Shown here in pieces: positions 29,666 to 39,523 of a stretch of DNA of 64,000 nt. The notes beneath the pieces were generated by a model that saw nothing but the letters and a program-made list of their open reading frames with translations, was not told the DNA's origin and did not search any database. How positions within the stretch are numbered: the stretch's first letter is position 1; the number at the start of each line of letters is the position of its first letter. A program made the translations under genes and the position numbers. Source of the DNA: Candidatus Dojkabacteria bacterium (lineage in GTDB: Bacteria > Patescibacteriota > Dojkabacteria > SC72); NCBI GenBank assembly GCA_035370405.1, contig DAOOVT010000001.1, forward strand, positions 485 through 64,484. Direction: 5' to 3'.

Positions 29666-31225
29666 TTACACACCATCAAATATTGCTTCTATCTTCTTAT
29701 TAAAATTTCTTGGACTAGGTTTAACATCTTTTTTCACATCGCTTTTTTCTGAACTTGGTAAATTCCTCAAAACAAACTCTGCATCCGATTTATCAACTGG
29801 CTTAATAGACGCATTCACTTTACAACTAACACTACATGTTGTTCCATAGACCCTATTGAACACCTCTGATATTATATTCCTACTCTTTGGAATCTCTATC
29901 CTTTCCTTATGAAATTCAAAAGGAACCTCTAAATTAATGACACCCTTTTCAAAAGAAATTATATTTGCTCCACCAAGAAATGCGTACAAATGCCCATTAT
30001 ATGGTTTTATCTCCGCAATGAAAGTATCCCACTTCGCCCTAACTTCATTGACTGAAATACTACAATTATCAGAAGGCTCATGCTTCTCACTACTCTCTTT
30101 CACCTCCGTTCTTTTAATCTTATTCTTCACATCTTTATTAATCATTGCTATATCAGTATTTACTACTGGCTTCATCATCTCTGGAATAATCATCTCCAAT
30201 ACCAACATTTGATTCCCCGCATACTTAATTCTATTCTCAGCCTCCAAAAACAAATTTATCAACTTGTGTACTGTATGAATATCACACTCCTCCATAAACC
30301 TATATTCCTTCCTCATGCTCCCCCTTATCTTCTCGGAAAGAATCTCTTGAAGTATATCCAAAACATACTCTGTAAATTGTTGCAAATTTGTTCCCGACTC
30401 CTCCAAAGAATTCAAAATATCTAGACATTTGGAACCATTTCCCTCAATCAAATATTTTAGCAAAAGCATTACCTTTTCAGACTCAGGTAATCCCAAAACT
30501 TTCCTAACCTCCTCGATTGTTATTTCATTATCTTTAACATCCTGCCCACTATATACAACATCCAAAATAGACAAAGCATCTCTATAACTGCCTTCAGCTT
30601 TTCTAACTATTATATCCACAGCTTCATCAGGCATCAAAATTTTTTCACTTTTCAAAACCTTTTTTATTAAATTCCTAACCTCTTCATCAGTACCAAGTCT
30701 AAAATCATACCTCTGACACCTCGACAATATTGTTGGAGGAAGCTTATATACATCTGTAGTAGCCAATATGAAAACTACATGAGCAGGTGGCTCCTCTAAA
30801 GTCTTAAGAAGAGCATTAAAAGCCTCTGTTGTAAGCATATGGACTTCATCTATTATATATACCTTATACTTTCCTTCAGATGGTGAAAATTCTATCTTCT
30901 CTTTTAACTCTCGTATCTGATCAATCCCTCTATTTGAAGCTGCATCTATTTCAATTAAATCCAAAAACCTTCCATCTGTTATACTCCTACAATTCTCGCA
31001 TTCATTACATGGATTACCATCTCTCTGAGGATTAAGACAATTTATTGCTTTCGCTAAAATTCTTGCTGTAGAAGTTTTCCCAGTCCCTCTAGAACCAACA
31101 AATAGATAAGCTTGAGCTATCTTATTCTTTCTTACAGCATTCTTAAGAAGCCTTACAACATTCTCTTGCCCATACAATTCATCAAAATTTTGAGCTCTGT
31201 ATTTTTGGTATAAAACAGAAGACAT
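29666..31225 (-). CDS. dnaX: DNA polymerase III subunit gamma/tau
   Basis: GSRGTGKTS, EIDAAS, IDEVHML, LKTLEEPP and SRCQ. Confidence 0.97.
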   Translation of the reverse strand: MSSVLYQKYRAQNFDELYGQENVVRLLKNAVRKNKIAQAYLFVGSRGTGKTSTARILAKAINCLNPQRDGNPCNECENCRSITDGRFLDLIEIDAASNRGIDQIRELKEKIEFSPSEGKYKVYIIDEVHMLTTEAFNALLKTLEEPPAHVVFILATTDVYKLPPTILSRCQRYDFRLGTDEEVRNLIKKVLKSEKILMPDEAVDIIVRKAEGSYRDALSILDVVYSGQDVKDNEITIEEVRKVLGLPESEKVMLLLKYLIEGNGSKCLDILNSLEESGTNLQQFTEYVLDILQEILSEKIRGSMRKEYRFMEECDIHTVHKLINLFLEAENRIKYAGNQMLVLEMIIPEMMKPVVNTDIAMINKDVKNKIKRTEVKESSEKHEPSDNCSISVNEVRAKWDTFIAEIKPYNGHLYAFLGGANIISFEKGVINLEVPFEFHKERIEIPKSRNIISEVFNRVYGTTCSVSCKVNASIKPVDKSDAEFVLRNLPSSEKSDVKKDVKPSPRNFNKKIEAIFDGV

Positions 31226-31270
31226 GATGTGTATATACTAAACGAACCGAAACCATTTGCCAAGTGAACT

Positions 31271-33694
31271 TTATTTACTCACAGGCTTTAGCCTTGATAC
31301 TGCCTCATTAAGCATCTCTGTATACAGACCATAACCAACCGAATTAATAGCCCCTGACTGATTCCTCCCTAAAATATCACCCGCTCCTCTGATTTCTAAA
31401 TCTTTATTTGAAAGCAAGAAACCAGATCCAAGCTCCTGCGAATTTCTTATCGCATCAAGCCTCAACCTTGCATTCCCCTTTAATTTCTCATAGTAGAAAT
31501 AAGCATATGCTTGAACTTTAGATCTTCCTATCCTTCCTCTTATCTGATATGCCTGAGAAAGCCCTAACATTGTCATATCGTCTACTATTAAAGTATTAAC
31601 ATTTGGAATATCTAACCCATTCTCTATTATCGTAGTACAAAGCAAAATATCTATATCTCCATCAATAAACTGGGTCATTACATCAGATAAATTTTGTACA
31701 CTCATTTGCCCATGAGCAATAGCCACCTTATGATGAGGGAACATTTTAATCAATTCGTTATACACATACTCTATAGTTCCAATCCTATTATGCAAAAAAT
31801 ACACTTGCCCACCTCTTTTCAATTCAAATTCAATTGCATTTTTAACACTTTCCCAATTGAATTTTTCGAACCTGTTAATTATTTCCAACCTACCAAGAGG
31901 AGGTGTTGCCAATACAGAAATATCCCGAATTCCAAGAAGTGCCATATTCAAAGTCCTTGGAATTGGTGTAGCAGTTAATGATAATACATTACACATAATC
32001 CTCTTTGACTTAATTTTTTCTTTCTGCTTAACTCCAAATTTCTGCTCTTCATCAACAATTAATAATCCTAAATTTTTGAAATCTACAGAATCATCTAAAA
32101 GACTATGCGTCCCTACCACAATATCAATCACCCCATCTTTCAAATCATTCAAAACTTTAGACCTCTCCTTTGATCGTACAAATCTAGACAAACAAGCTAT
32201 TTTAAATGGATAATTTTTAAATCTATCCTGCAAAGTTCGATAATGCTGTTGCGTCAATATCGTAGTAGGGGCCAAAAAAACAACCTGATATCCAGCATTT
32301 ACAGCTGCAAATATGGCACGCATTGCAATTTCTGTCTTCCCATAGCCTACATCTCCTACAAGAAGTCTATCCATAGGCTTACTTCTTTGAAAATCAGAAA
32401 CTATGTGCATAGTTGCTAAAATCTGATCATCGGTATCTTCAAATCTAAACTGCTTTACAAACAAATTCAACTCCTCTATATCACTTTTATCCTTAATAAC
32501 TGGTTCAACTTTTTGTGTCTCCCTGAGAGAATATAGCTGAAGCAATTCTCTAGCAACTTCTTCTGCTCTCTCCTTTGCCTTTTTAGAAATTCTTCGCCAT
32601 AACCCACTATTCAAACCTGTAAGAATTGGCTTTCCTCTACCTGCTCCAATATATTTGGTAATTTTCCCAGATGCACTTGGAGGAACAAAAAGTCTATCTT
32701 CACCAGCATAAGCTATTTCTAAATAATATCTAGAATCCCTTTCTTTTATTCCAACATATTTACCAATTCCATGATCCTTATGTACAACATAATCACCTGG
32801 AACTATTTTCTTTAAAATTTCAGCCGTAGATAAATCCGTCGTATTTTTGAAATCTTCAAAATCAGATAAATCTATCTCTCCTGCGACCTCTCTATCCGTT
32901 AAAACTACAATTTTGGATATTCCAGAAACAAAGCCTTCACTAATGTTATGTTGCTCTGAATCTTTTCTTAAAATCACTTCATCTATGCATGACTCTTCAT
33001 ATTCATAATTATCTGTGTTGCTTGTAAAATAAACAATCTTGTACCCACGTGTTTTGTAATTTTGAATGATTTTCCAAATATTTTTAGGAGAATAATAGCT
33101 TTGAGCACCAGGTATTTTGTCTATTTTTAAATTGATACTTTTTGATTGGTCTTCTTCATCTTTTGCGATGTATATACGGATATAATCATTGTGTTCATCA
33201 TTTCCTATGACTACAGAAGAGCAATTATCTAGGAATAGTTTTCTTTTCAATTCCCCGATTTTTTTCCTGCTAAGGACCTCTATGATGTCCATGGTTTCAA
33301 TATTTTTGCCCAAGAGTGAGAATCTGATTAAATTATCAGAATTGAATGGCCAGATTACTATAACATCTCCTAGTATGGATATTTCGCCTTCATTCCATAC
33401 TCTTTCTACTCTTTGATATCCTAGCTTTATGAAGTCATCGAGAATGAATTTATCCCCTACACTTAAAAGCAATTGAGAGGTTTGTGGATTTTCCAAGTTA
33501 TTACTGCTTGATTCCAAAATCCACACATTTTTGTTTAAGATTTCACCAAGAAGTTCGGAGGCAAGTTGATAGAAGTCGGGATCAATCCCCGAAATTTTCT
33601 TAAGCGAGAGAATGTCCTCCGCTAAATGTTGGTATCCCTCGGCAAGCGACTTCAATAGCAATTTATATCCTGTATTAATACTTTCCACAGGCAT
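31271..33694 (-). CDS. mfd: Transcription-repair coupling factor Mfd, short form
   Basis: RID (GDYVVHKDHGIG), GDVGYGKT, DEEQKFG, TATPIPRT, QIRGRIGR and TRG motif DLEIRGAG; ends right after TRG. Confidence 0.88.
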   Translation of the reverse strand: MPVESINTGYKLLLKSLAEGYQHLAEDILSLKKISGIDPDFYQLASELLGEILNKNVWILESSSNNLENPQTSQLLLSVGDKFILDDFIKLGYQRVERVWNEGEISILGDVIVIWPFNSDNLIRFSLLGKNIETMDIIEVLSRKKIGELKRKLFLDNCSSVVIGNDEHNDYIRIYIAKDEEDQSKSINLKIDKIPGAQSYYSPKNIWKIIQNYKTRGYKIVYFTSNTDNYEYEESCIDEVILRKDSEQHNISEGFVSGISKIVVLTDREVAGEIDLSDFEDFKNTTDLSTAEILKKIVPGDYVVHKDHGIGKYVGIKERDSRYYLEIAYAGEDRLFVPPSASGKITKYIGAGRGKPILTGLNSGLWRRISKKAKERAEEVARELLQLYSLRETQKVEPVIKDKSDIEELNLFVKQFRFEDTDDQILATMHIVSDFQRSKPMDRLLVGDVGYGKTEIAMRAIFAAVNAGYQVVFLAPTTILTQQHYRTLQDRFKNYPFKIACLSRFVRSKERSKVLNDLKDGVIDIVVGTHSLLDDSVDFKNLGLLIVDEEQKFGVKQKEKIKSKRIMCNVLSLTATPIPRTLNMALLGIRDISVLATPPLGRLEIINRFEKFNWESVKNAIEFELKRGGQVYFLHNRIGTIEYVYNELIKMFPHHKVAIAHGQMSVQNLSDVMTQFIDGDIDILLCTTIIENGLDIPNVNTLIVDDMTMLGLSQAYQIRGRIGRSKVQAYAYFYYEKLKGNARLRLDAIRNSQELGSGFLLSNKDLEIRGAGDILGRNQSGAINSVGYGLYTEMLNEAVSRLKPVSK

Positions 33695-33710
33695 ATTTTA
33701 TCACACTCAA

Positions 33711-34023
33711 GGTTCTACCTGGGTATAACAAGAGTTTAGTTATTGCGAATGTAAAGAGGTTTTCGCAATATTCGAACTCCAAAATGTTCGAGGTGAAAAA
33801 TGAATAATCCATATCTTTTTCCTTTTAGAACGGCTTTATTTCCTCTTTTAGGGTGAGCCTAGGTTCACCCTTTACATTAAGTTTTTCCTATTCCCACACA
33901 ATTTTTTCTAAAAATTACTTTGATTTTTTCCTGTTTTTGTGCACCTCCTACTAGCATCAATAATACTTATATGTAGGCATATTTACACATATTATTAGCT
34001 TTAGGTTGGACCTAGGTAGAACC
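33711..34023. repeat. Three 20-bp imperfect palindromes, consensus GGTTNNACCTAGGTNNAACC
   Basis: 33711 GGTTCTACCTGGGTATAACA; 33851 GGGTGAGCCTAGGTTCACCC; 34004 GGTTGGACCTAGGTAGAACC. Confidence 0.75.
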
Positions 34024-34088
34024 TGGCCTAAATTGTAGCGAACTGTAGTATAATGATCTATTAATTTAAAACCATTCAGTCTTCATCA

Positions 34089-35288
34089 ATGATTATCGCA
34101 CACGCGCCGATAGCTTACATATCAAACCAAATCATCCAGAAAAAAAGGATACGATCCTTAAAAACTCAGGAGCAATATATTATCTCTCTTCTCTCTTTAT
34201 TTTTTGGGATATTACCTGATTTCGATTTTTTTCTAGCGTTACTTCTAAATATTCCAACTTATCAGCACCACCAAATGCTCACTCATTTCCCTATTCTCTA
34301 TATATCATTATGGATTCTTCTCAAACTTTTTACGAAGCCAATATTTAACATAATCAACAAAAAGAATCAGAATGCCATTTCTCTCAATTTTTTGAATATA
34401 ATTGCAGATACATTTCTAATTTCTACCATGTCACATTTACTTACAGATACTAGCATAGCATTTCTATATCCTTTCTTAGACATTAAATTTGGCATACTTG
34501 ACTTAGTCAACATAGAAAATCTCTTCATCCCATACATTCTTTCTCCCCTATTCGCACTAGAAATCCTTGCAATTTTTGTATTCATTACAATGATTTACAA
34601 AAAAATCCTGAAAACTAATCGTTTTGTGAATGTAGTTTTAAAGGTATTCACTTGCATTTCCATCGTTTTCTTCATATTTATGATGATAGTATCTCAGTAC
34701 ACATACAATAATACACAGATGAAAGATGCTAACAACGATATAGATTATGATAAATTAATAGATTCGGAGGATATGGATATCGGGAATGATGGAAAAAACA
34801 ACCTGTTAAAAGCCGATCCTGTCAATATATCTGATTGTGCACTAAATATTGTAAATTCGCATAAATGGACAAATAATCCAAAAACTCATTATTTCTTTGG
34901 AGGATTTGATGCATATAGATTGATATCTCAAACATATTTTGATGCTCATCTTCCTATGGAGCCAGTACTTAATGACTATATTGTAAAAAGTAGTGATAAC
35001 AAAGGATATCCTCCGAAGAATACTAATTATGTAACTACACTATTCAATTATTTCCAGAGTCAGGATAATTTAATTGAATTGAATACTGAGCAATCAGTTG
35101 GACTTCCTTATGGCAAATTAATATTTATCCAAGAAAATTCAGGAACTATTATTAATGTAGGAATTACACTTGAAGGTAATAATATAGCTATTGTCCTTCC
35201 TGATGACAAGGTATTACAAATGCACGGATACAACATACTTCTTGAAATGTACGCTAAAGAGGACAACAAAATCTATATTCAAAAATAA
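34089..35288 (+). CDS. YdjM-like membrane metal-dependent hydrolase fused to a DUF1287/NlpC-like domain
   Basis: AH, LPDFD, HH..LTH and SHLLTD in the TM part; an Asp-rich DxDxD segment; C-terminal domain resembles DUF1287. Confidence 0.65.
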   Translation: MIIAHAPIAYISNQIIQKKRIRSLKTQEQYIISLLSLFFGILPDFDFFLALLLNIPTYQHHQMLTHFPILYISLWILLKLFTKPIFNIINKKNQNAISLNFLNIIADTFLISTMSHLLTDTSIAFLYPFLDIKFGILDLVNIENLFIPYILSPLFALEILAIFVFITMIYKKILKTNRFVNVVLKVFTCISIVFFIFMMIVSQYTYNNTQMKDANNDIDYDKLIDSEDMDIGNDGKNNLLKADPVNISDCALNIVNSHKWTNNPKTHYFFGGFDAYRLISQTYFDAHLPMEPVLNDYIVKSSDNKGYPPKNTNYVTTLFNYFQSQDNLIELNTEQSVGLPYGKLIFIQENSGTIINVGITLEGNNIAIVLPDDKVLQMHGYNILLEMYAKEDNKIYIQK

Positions 35289-35852
35289 TTAGCTTAGTAT
35301 TAAAGGTATTATACTCTCGATTGTTTTTTCAATTACATTATCTAGGATTTTTCTCTCTTCCTCTGTAAAATTCATTAGCACAAAATCTTCTCCATTAATT
35401 TCATCATCAATCCTACTTTCAATTCCAATCCTAATGCTAGTAAATTCATCCGTTTTAAGCCTGTTAATTATATCATTAACACCATTATGCCCATGAGGAC
35501 CTTTTCCTACTTGGATCTTAGATTTTCCAAGCTCTATATCTAAATCATCATGTATCAGCATAAAATTATTCTTCAAATCTAGGACTTTATGAATTTTAAT
35601 TAACTTCAAAACTGCACTACCAGAATTGTTCATATATGTTTGAGGCTTTTGCAATATCGCTTTCACTTCACTTCCCAACTTTAAAAAAGAAGTTTCAGAA
35701 TTAGAAAATTTATCCTGCTTCCATTCTGTCATGTAAAATTCATTTAGACTATTTAGCCTTTCATACAAAGAGTCTATGCAGATAAATCCTGCATTATGTC
35801 TTGTGTTTTTGTATTTTTCTCCCGGATTTCCCAACCCCGTTATTAATTTCAT
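35289..35852 (-). CDS. pth: Peptidyl-tRNA hydrolase
   Basis: GLGNPGEKY, TRHNAGF, KPQTYMNNSG, HDDLD and GHNG. Confidence 0.97.
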   Translation of the reverse strand: MKLITGLGNPGEKYKNTRHNAGFICIDSLYERLNSLNEFYMTEWKQDKFSNSETSFLKLGSEVKAILQKPQTYMNNSGSAVLKLIKIHKVLDLKNNFMLIHDDLDIELGKSKIQVGKGPHGHNGVNDIINRLKTDEFTSIRIGIESRIDDEINGEDFVLMNFTEEERKILDNVIEKTIESIIPLILS

Positions 35853-36282
35853 TTTGTATATTTTGTAATATATTTTCTTGCATTACAAACATTTCTTCTA
35901 ATTCCACACTTCTTTCATCGAACCCATCATTATGATTATATCCTGAAATATGGAGAATTCCATGAATAATATTGCGTAGAATTTCATCTTCAAAATTTTT
36001 CTCTCCAATATTTGCATACACAAATTCAGGGCATACATATACTTCCGCAGGAAGTCCCTGTCCATAAGGGTCAAAAGATAACACATCTGTAACACAATCT
36101 TGTTTCCTAAACTGTTTGTTAAGCCCCTTTATATACTCAGAACTAACAAATATGATATTCACACAGGAAATATTTTGTACATCAAAATTCTTCTCTAACA
36201 AAAGGCTTAAATTATCCTTTGAAAATCCAACAATATTTGATACTCTTAGCAATTCTTGCCAATTGAAAATCTTTACTTCCAT
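35794..36282 (-). CDS. ybeY: rRNA maturation RNase YbeY
   Basis: LNKQFR, TDVLSF and HGILHISGYNH. Confidence 0.92.
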   Translation of the reverse strand: MEVKIFNWQELLRVSNIVGFSKDNLSLLLEKNFDVQNISCVNIIFVSSEYIKGLNKQFRKQDCVTDVLSFDPYGQGLPAEVYVCPEFVYANIGEKNFEDEILRNIIHGILHISGYNHNDGFDERSVELEEMFVMQENILQNIQNEINNGVGKSGRKIQKHKT

Positions 36283-36290
36283 ACTATTCG

Positions 36291-36725
36291 TTATTTTAGT
36301 AGTGATTCCACAATACTTTTTACCATACTACCATCTGCTCTTCCTTTCACTTCTTTCATAACCGCTCCTATAATCTTCCCAATATTATCATCACCCATTT
36401 CTTTAATTTTTTCTAATGCCAAATCTTTAATCGCATCCTCACTCATAGGCTCAGGAAGATATTTTTTCAAAAGATCTAATTGTTCCTTTTCTACTTCCAA
36501 CAAATCCTTTCTCCCCATTTTCTCAAATTGTTCTATCGAATCAACTATTTTTTTCGTTTCTCTTTTAATCTCCTCTATTATTTCTTCTTCATTCAGAGTA
36601 TGACCAATTTCAACCTCTTTATTTTTAATCTCAGATAAAACAATCCTAAGAATATTAGCCTTATTTTCTTGGCCATTCTTTGCAAAATCAAACATATTTT
36701 TTCGCAGACTTTCCACTGACAACAT
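36291..36725 (-). CDS. GatB/YqeY domain protein
   Basis: SIEQF..GRKDL, YLPE, GKIIGAVM and GRADG; follows rpsU. Confidence 0.9.
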   Translation of the reverse strand: MLSVESLRKNMFDFAKNGQENKANILRIVLSEIKNKEVEIGHTLNEEEIIEEIKRETKKIVDSIEQFEKMGRKDLLEVEKEQLDLLKKYLPEPMSEDAIKDLALEKIKEMGDDNIGKIIGAVMKEVKGRADGSMVKSIVESLLK

Positions 36726-36744
36726 AGCTAGAGATAACTACAAC

Positions 36745-36945
36745 TTATCTTGCCCTTCTAGATGCAGCCCTTCTTCTTCTCTTCATTTTCGCCCATTCTC
36801 TTCTCTTTGCAATTTTCAAATCTGCTTTTTTGATTCTGTAAGCCTTGTTTTTATAGGTCTCAAGAATCTTTTCTCTTAGAACTTCCCTATGGAGCCTTTT
36901 AAGCGCACTATCTATATTTTCATTAGAGTGTACTATTACTGACAT
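36745..36945 (-). CDS. rpsU: 30S ribosomal protein S21
   Basis: ENIDSALKR and Arg-rich C-terminus; AAGGAGG SD and TGATATAAT upstream. Confidence 0.9.
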   Translation of the reverse strand: MSVIVHSNENIDSALKRLHREVLREKILETYKNKAYRIKKADLKIAKRREWAKMKRRRRAASRRAR

Positions 36946-37010
36946 ATAACCTCCTTTTAATTAATATCTTCCGTGGATTATATCATACAAGAATCAAGTT
37001 CACTACATAT

Positions 37011-38171
37011 TTAACCAAACATGCTTTTAATTTCATCTATGTTTAAGATATCCTTTACCATAACTGCAACAGTCAAAAGCATCAAAAATATGAAGCTGAG
37101 ATTGATAATTATAGCTTCAATATTCTTGTTCAAATCTTTTCTAAACAGGCCCTCCAGAAACAAAATAAATACTCTTCCCCCATCTAATGCTGGTATAGGA
37201 AGAATATTCATAATGGCTAATGACAAAGAAAGATCAGCAACTACCCCTAAGAATGCAATAATTCCATCTTTTTTGAAACTACTAAGTACATAATACATAC
37301 CAATTGGACCAGAGACTGAATTGGATAAATCAGAATAATCACCAGTGCTTTTCGCCTCTGTAAACATATCAGATAGCAATATCCCCATTAATCGAACATT
37401 ATTAATTAGATGAGAAAATCCTGCACTCCCCTTATGCTCCGAATAGGAAACAAAGTACACATAATTTGGAACAGTGATAATTCCTATAAATCCTTCAGAT
37501 GATACTTGAACATTATAATCTTGGCATATTTTCTCCGCATCAACTGTACACACATTCATACTAATAACTTCATCTTTATTCTCTTTGATGATCTTCGAAA
37601 TATCATCACTGTATTCAACACTAATGCCATCTATTGAAACAATACTCCCTTTCGCTGGCATTCCTGCTTTCTCTGCATTACCACCCTCCTTTAGTTCAAT
37701 ATACTCTGCATCACCTACCTTCTCTCTCCCTATACTTGCTCCTACTGCACTAAAATTTGATAAATCAATACTAACATACAATTTCCACCCAGAATTTCCT
37801 AAAACAATATAATACACAGATACCGCTAACAACAAATTCATTGCTACACCAGCCAGCATCACATAAATTTGCTGTATCTTACTCCTTGTTGCTAAATTTG
37901 CATTTTTTAAAAGCTCTTTGCTCACTTTCTCTTCTTCTCCAGGATCACCATCTCCCAAAATCTTCACATAACCACCAATTGGAAAAGCACGAATACAATA
38001 AAGAGTCCCTTTATGCCTTTTCCCAACAATTTTAGGACCAAAACCCAATGAAAATTCAAACACTTTCACACCTATTGATCTAGCAGCTAAAAAATGGCCG
38101 AACTCGTGTATAAAAACAAGAAGCCCAAGAACAACAACAACCAAAAGTATATTAATTATGAAATCAAACAT
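37011..38171 (-). CDS. rseP: RseP-like M50 intramembrane metalloprotease
   Basis: HEFGH, FSLGFGP, PIGGYV, a PDZ-like domain and NILPIPALDGG. Confidence 0.92.
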   Translation of the reverse strand: MFDFIINILLVVVVLGLLVFIHEFGHFLAARSIGVKVFEFSLGFGPKIVGKRHKGTLYCIRAFPIGGYVKILGDGDPGEEEKVSKELLKNANLATRSKIQQIYVMLAGVAMNLLLAVSVYYIVLGNSGWKLYVSIDLSNFSAVGASIGREKVGDAEYIELKEGGNAEKAGMPAKGSIVSIDGISVEYSDDISKIIKENKDEVISMNVCTVDAEKICQDYNVQVSSEGFIGIITVPNYVYFVSYSEHKGSAGFSHLINNVRLMGILLSDMFTEAKSTGDYSDLSNSVSGPIGMYYVLSSFKKDGIIAFLGVVADLSLSLAIMNILPIPALDGGRVFILFLEGLFRKDLNKNIEAIIINLSFIFLMLLTVAVMVKDILNIDEIKSMFG

Positions 38172-38187
38172 ATTTGTACATCACATA

Positions 38188-38733
38188 TTATATCGTCAAT
38201 AAGTCCTTCTCCTTATCTTCCCTCATTTCCTCTATCAAAGCATTTGTATCCTTTACAATCTTCTCTATCTCATTGCGCAGTCTATCAGCTTCATCTTCTG
38301 ACAATCCACTCTTCTCCTCCTCATCAACTTCCTTCATATATTTCTGCCTAACTTGGCGAACTGCTATTCGCCCATCTTCTATCCTATCCTTCATAATTTT
38401 TACATACTCCCTTCTTCTCTCTTCTGTCAAATCAGGTATTTTTACTAGCACTCTGTCACCCTCTATTATTGTCGAAAATCCTAGATTAGCAGAAGTAATA
38501 CCTTTCCCTATATTCTCAACTATTCCCTTATCCCAAGGCTGTATACATATCGTCTTAGAATCAATTATACTTATACTAGCAAGATTCTTGACAGGGGACT
38601 CAGTCTCATAGGCTTTAACTAGAATATCTTCTACTAATTCATTCGTAGCCCTCCCCGTTCGTATTTGTGAGAGGTCCTCTTTAATGTGGGAAACACACCT
38701 ATCTATATCTCTTTGAAAGGCTGTTAAATCCAT
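38188..38733 (-). CDS. frr: Ribosome recycling factor
   Basis: IRTGRA, IQPWD, PDLTEERR and RQVR. Confidence 0.95.
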   Translation of the reverse strand: MDLTAFQRDIDRCVSHIKEDLSQIRTGRATNELVEDILVKAYETESPVKNLASISIIDSKTICIQPWDKGIVENIGKGITSANLGFSTIIEGDRVLVKIPDLTEERRREYVKIMKDRIEDGRIAVRQVRQKYMKEVDEEEKSGLSEDEADRLRNEIEKIVKDTNALIEEMREDKEKDLLTI

Positions 38734-38798
38734 ATATTTATATGTAAAATATTATGGATTCATTGTATACTAAATAGCACAATTCAACAAGCGGAATA

Positions 38799-39506
38799 CT
38801 ATTTCCCAAGCTCCCAGACAAGAATTCTAGAAATTTTTATAGGTTCTCCAAATTTTTGAATATTCTCATCCAAAAGAGACTGAATTGTTTTAGATTCATC
38901 CTTAAACCACTTTTGATCTAACAAACACTTTTCTGAATAGTACTTATTCAATTTTCCTTCAACAATTTTAGCAATCATTTCCTTTGGTTTATTCTCCTCT
39001 TCCGCTTCTCTTTGAAAAATTCCTTTAAGCTCCTCTATCTTTTCATTTGGGATATCATCCCTCTTAACGAATTCGGGCTTCATTGCTGCAACCTGAAGTG
39101 CGATCTCATGAGCAAATGCTCTAAAACCATCATTCTTTGAAACAAAATCTGTCTTACAATCAACCTCAGCAAGAGATACCAATCTTCCATCTTTCCCATG
39201 CACATAACACTCTATAACTCCCTCTACTTTCTCATCCTCTTCTACAGGAGAATCCCATCCTCTCTCTTTTATAATTTCCACTGCCTTCTCAAAATCCTTC
39301 CCAGCATCATCATAGGCTATCTTACACAACCCAATTTTTGCACCAGTCAAATTCCTTAACCTACTGATAACATCACTCCTTGCATTTACATACTCAACAG
39401 CTTTATTAAAATCACCGCCACTTTGCTCTAATGCTTCCTTACATAAACTAATACCAGCAGACGTTTTATCCCTCAAAGCTTTAATATCTTCTAATGATAC
39501 ACCCAT
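38799..39506 (-). CDS. tsf: Elongation factor Ts, short form with duplicated N-terminal domain
   Basis: LRDKTSAG..CKEAL repeated as LRNLTGAK..CKIAY; CKTDFV and IALQVAAM; lies between rpsB and frr. Confidence 0.93.
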   Translation of the reverse strand: MGVSLEDIKALRDKTSAGISLCKEALEQSGGDFNKAVEYVNARSDVISRLRNLTGAKIGLCKIAYDDAGKDFEKAVEIIKERGWDSPVEEDEKVEGVIECYVHGKDGRLVSLAEVDCKTDFVSKNDGFRAFAHEIALQVAAMKPEFVKRDDIPNEKIEELKGIFQREAEEENKPKEMIAKIVEGKLNKYYSEKCLLDQKWFKDESKTIQSLLDENIQKFGEPIKISRILVWELGK

Positions 39507-39523
39507 AAAACTTGTATAATAAT

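Noticed and set aside
33711-34023. Possible CRISPR array or MITE
   Set aside because: The repeats are only 20 bp, degenerate and 120-133 bp apart, with no cas genes. Each site is itself palindromic, which explains the apparent terminal inverted repeat.
33695-34088. Possible oriC
   Set aside because: No TTATCCACA-type boxes were found, dnaA/dnaN are not nearby, and no clear skew switch is visible.
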